This document shows, in pieces, positions 62,449 to 64,000 of a DNA stretch of 64,000 nt (position 1 is its first letter; each line of letters opens with the position of its first letter). The DNA is from an uncultured delta proteobacterium (GTDB lineage: Bacteria > Desulfobacterota > Binatia > UBA9968), in the NCBI GenBank assembly GCA_963755715.1, contig CAVWLW010000034.1, positions 60,638 to 124,637 of the forward strand. Reading direction: 5' to 3'. Made by a program: the position numbers and the translations under genes. The notes beneath the pieces were generated by a model, which saw only the letters and a program-made list of their open reading frames with translations, searched no databases and had not been told where the DNA came from.

Positions 62449-63516
62449 ATTTGATCACCCTATCCGCCCGCGTTAGCACTCTCTGCGAAACCGTCACGCC
62501 GATCTGCTTCGCCGCTTTCAAATTGATCACCAGCTCGAACTTCGTCGGCTGCTCGACCGGCAGGTCGGCGGGTTTGGCACCCTTCAGGATCTTGTCGACG
62601 TACACAGCTACGCGCCGGTAGCTGTCAGCCAGAATCCGCTCCATAGTACATGAGCCCGCCGGCATCGACCGCTTCCCTCCTGCCGTACACCGACGGCAGC
62701 CGGCTCTTTAATGCAAAGTCCACGATTTGTTTTTCGATAGCCAGCATTTGCCGGCCTCCGGTAGAATAGAGTCCATCCGGGCGTGGATTGCTCATCGCGG
62801 CGAATTCCTTCTCCAAACCGTTTGCATCTCGTATCGGCCAAGGCTGAATAATCAATCCCAGCGCGCGCGCTGCAACTAGAAGAATTCTTTTAGCTCGCGC
62901 TCGTTGTTCCGATTGGCCGGGTCTTGGAGAACCGCGACACGCGCAATTTTGGGAACGGCCTCTTTGAGCAGCTCCAGCCGTTTCCCGCCCAACTTTCTGT
63001 TGAGGAGAGTAATGCCGGTGACGTTGCCGCCGGGACGGGCAAGGGTTTCAACCAAACCTGCCTCCACAGGATCGGCGCCCTCGCCCGTCAACACAATGGG
63101 AATCGTCTTGCTCGCATTCTTGGCTGCCCGGATCTGTGTGTCACCTCCCCGCTATCACGATGATATCTACGTTGAGCCGCACCAACTCGGCCGCAAGCTC
63201 TGGAAGCCCGGATCCAGCTTCCCCTCTGCATATCGGTACTCCGTGGTGATGTTCTTACCTTCTGTGTAGCCAAGCTCGCGCAGAGCCAAGCCTGAATTGC
63301 CTTGGAACGGGCGGACTCAGCGAGCTGGATTGCTATCGGGGATAGATATCCATCCGGAGGATTTTCTTCGGTTGCTGCGCCGGTGCCTCAACCCTCACCG
63401 AAGACGAACGTGAGCAACGACTAGCAAGGATCCCCGCCCATTTTCGATTTTGGATTTTAGATTTCCGATTGTCGTAGCAAGAAAGCCCAGAACCGAATTC
63501 AAAATTTCCTTTGCAT
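62447..63516 (-). CDS. ABC-type substrate-binding protein (PF04392-like), heavily frameshifted
   Basis: Fragments [52 protein letters not shown]. Confidence 0.72.
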
Positions 63517-63562
63517 TTGTTTTTCTCCGTAATCGAAAATTGGCAATCGAAAATCTAAAATG

Positions 63563-64000
63563 TTATCTGATCACTTTGTCGGCCCTCGCCAGTACGTTCG
63601 GCGGAATCGTCAATCCGATCTGCTTGGCGGCTTTGAGATTGATGACAAACTCGAACTTCGTCGGCTGCTCGACGGAAAGATCGGCCGGCTTGGCGCCTTT
63701 GAGAATCTTGTCCACATAGGTGGCGGCGCGCCGAAACAAATCGGTACTGCTCGCCGCGTAGGTCATAAGCCCCCCATCTTCCACATATTCTCCCTGTGCG
63801 TATATCGCTGGGAGCCGGTTCTTTACCGCGAGGTCTACAAGCTGTGTTCGGTGTGAAGTGAGGACGGGGGTCTGGAGCACGAGGACTGCCTCAGCACGCC
63901 CCTTGCTTGCGGCTCGAAATGCAGTCTCAAGATCCTTGGGATTTAGGACGTCTAGGTATTGAAGCTTCACTCCGAACGCCCCTGCGGCGAGTTCCGTTTC
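63563..64000 (-). CDS. ABC-type substrate-binding protein (PF04392-like), 5' part beyond window
   Basis: [36 protein letters not shown]. Confidence 0.88.
   Translation of the reverse strand, partial: ETELAAGAFGVKLQYLDVLNPKDLETAFRAASKGRAEAVLVLQTPVLTSHRTQLVDLAVKNRLPAIYAQGEYVEDGGLMTYAASSTDLFRRAATYVDKILKGAKPADLSVEQPTKFEFVINLKAAKQIGLTIPPNVLARADKVIR

Noticed and set aside
53438-63561. Heptamer arrays considered as a CRISPR array
   Set aside because: Degenerate 7-nt units with no repeat-spacer periodicity and no cas genes

Overview
Bacterial genomic window with many single-base frameshifts in otherwise conserved genes, most consistent with long-read or low-coverage assembly error. The style (tandem orphan PF04392-type and NitT/TauT solute-binding proteins, AATCYAA heptamer repeats) suggests a Candidatus Binatia-like soil bacterium, which is inference only. 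1-27 kb is mostly core: TRAP transporter, amidase, sugar ABC transporter, lipBA, NCS2 permease, ppiD-like PPIase, mreBCD-mrdA-rodA, trxA, pepA, folE, ccdA, TlpA and DsbA. It also holds an unannotated 16-aa peptide gene (MAAKKKAKKKAKKKKK) with its own promoter, SD and terminator. 27.4-41 kb is an accessory island: Cys-rich exported protein, TpsA, TpsB, exported TPR-CHAT caspase-like protease, exported DUF928 protein and a CHASE2 class III cyclase with guanylyl-cyclase-like residues. 41.9-51 kb is an apparent cyclic-nucleotide circuit: Cache/HAMP/GAF kinase, response regulator, REC-cyclase, MBL hydrolase, SBP and a cNMP-TPR-DASS transporter fusion, interrupted by a four-helix-bundle gene flanked by inverted heptamer arrays. 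51-64 kb is an array of orphan solute-binding-protein paralogues with cargo blocks (a DUF104/PIN toxin-antitoxin pair; a UGA-recoded peroxiredoxin-like selenoprotein plus TlpA), each bracketed by a gene 3' end and a displaced 3'-end fragment. No rRNA, tRNA or CRISPR array was seen.
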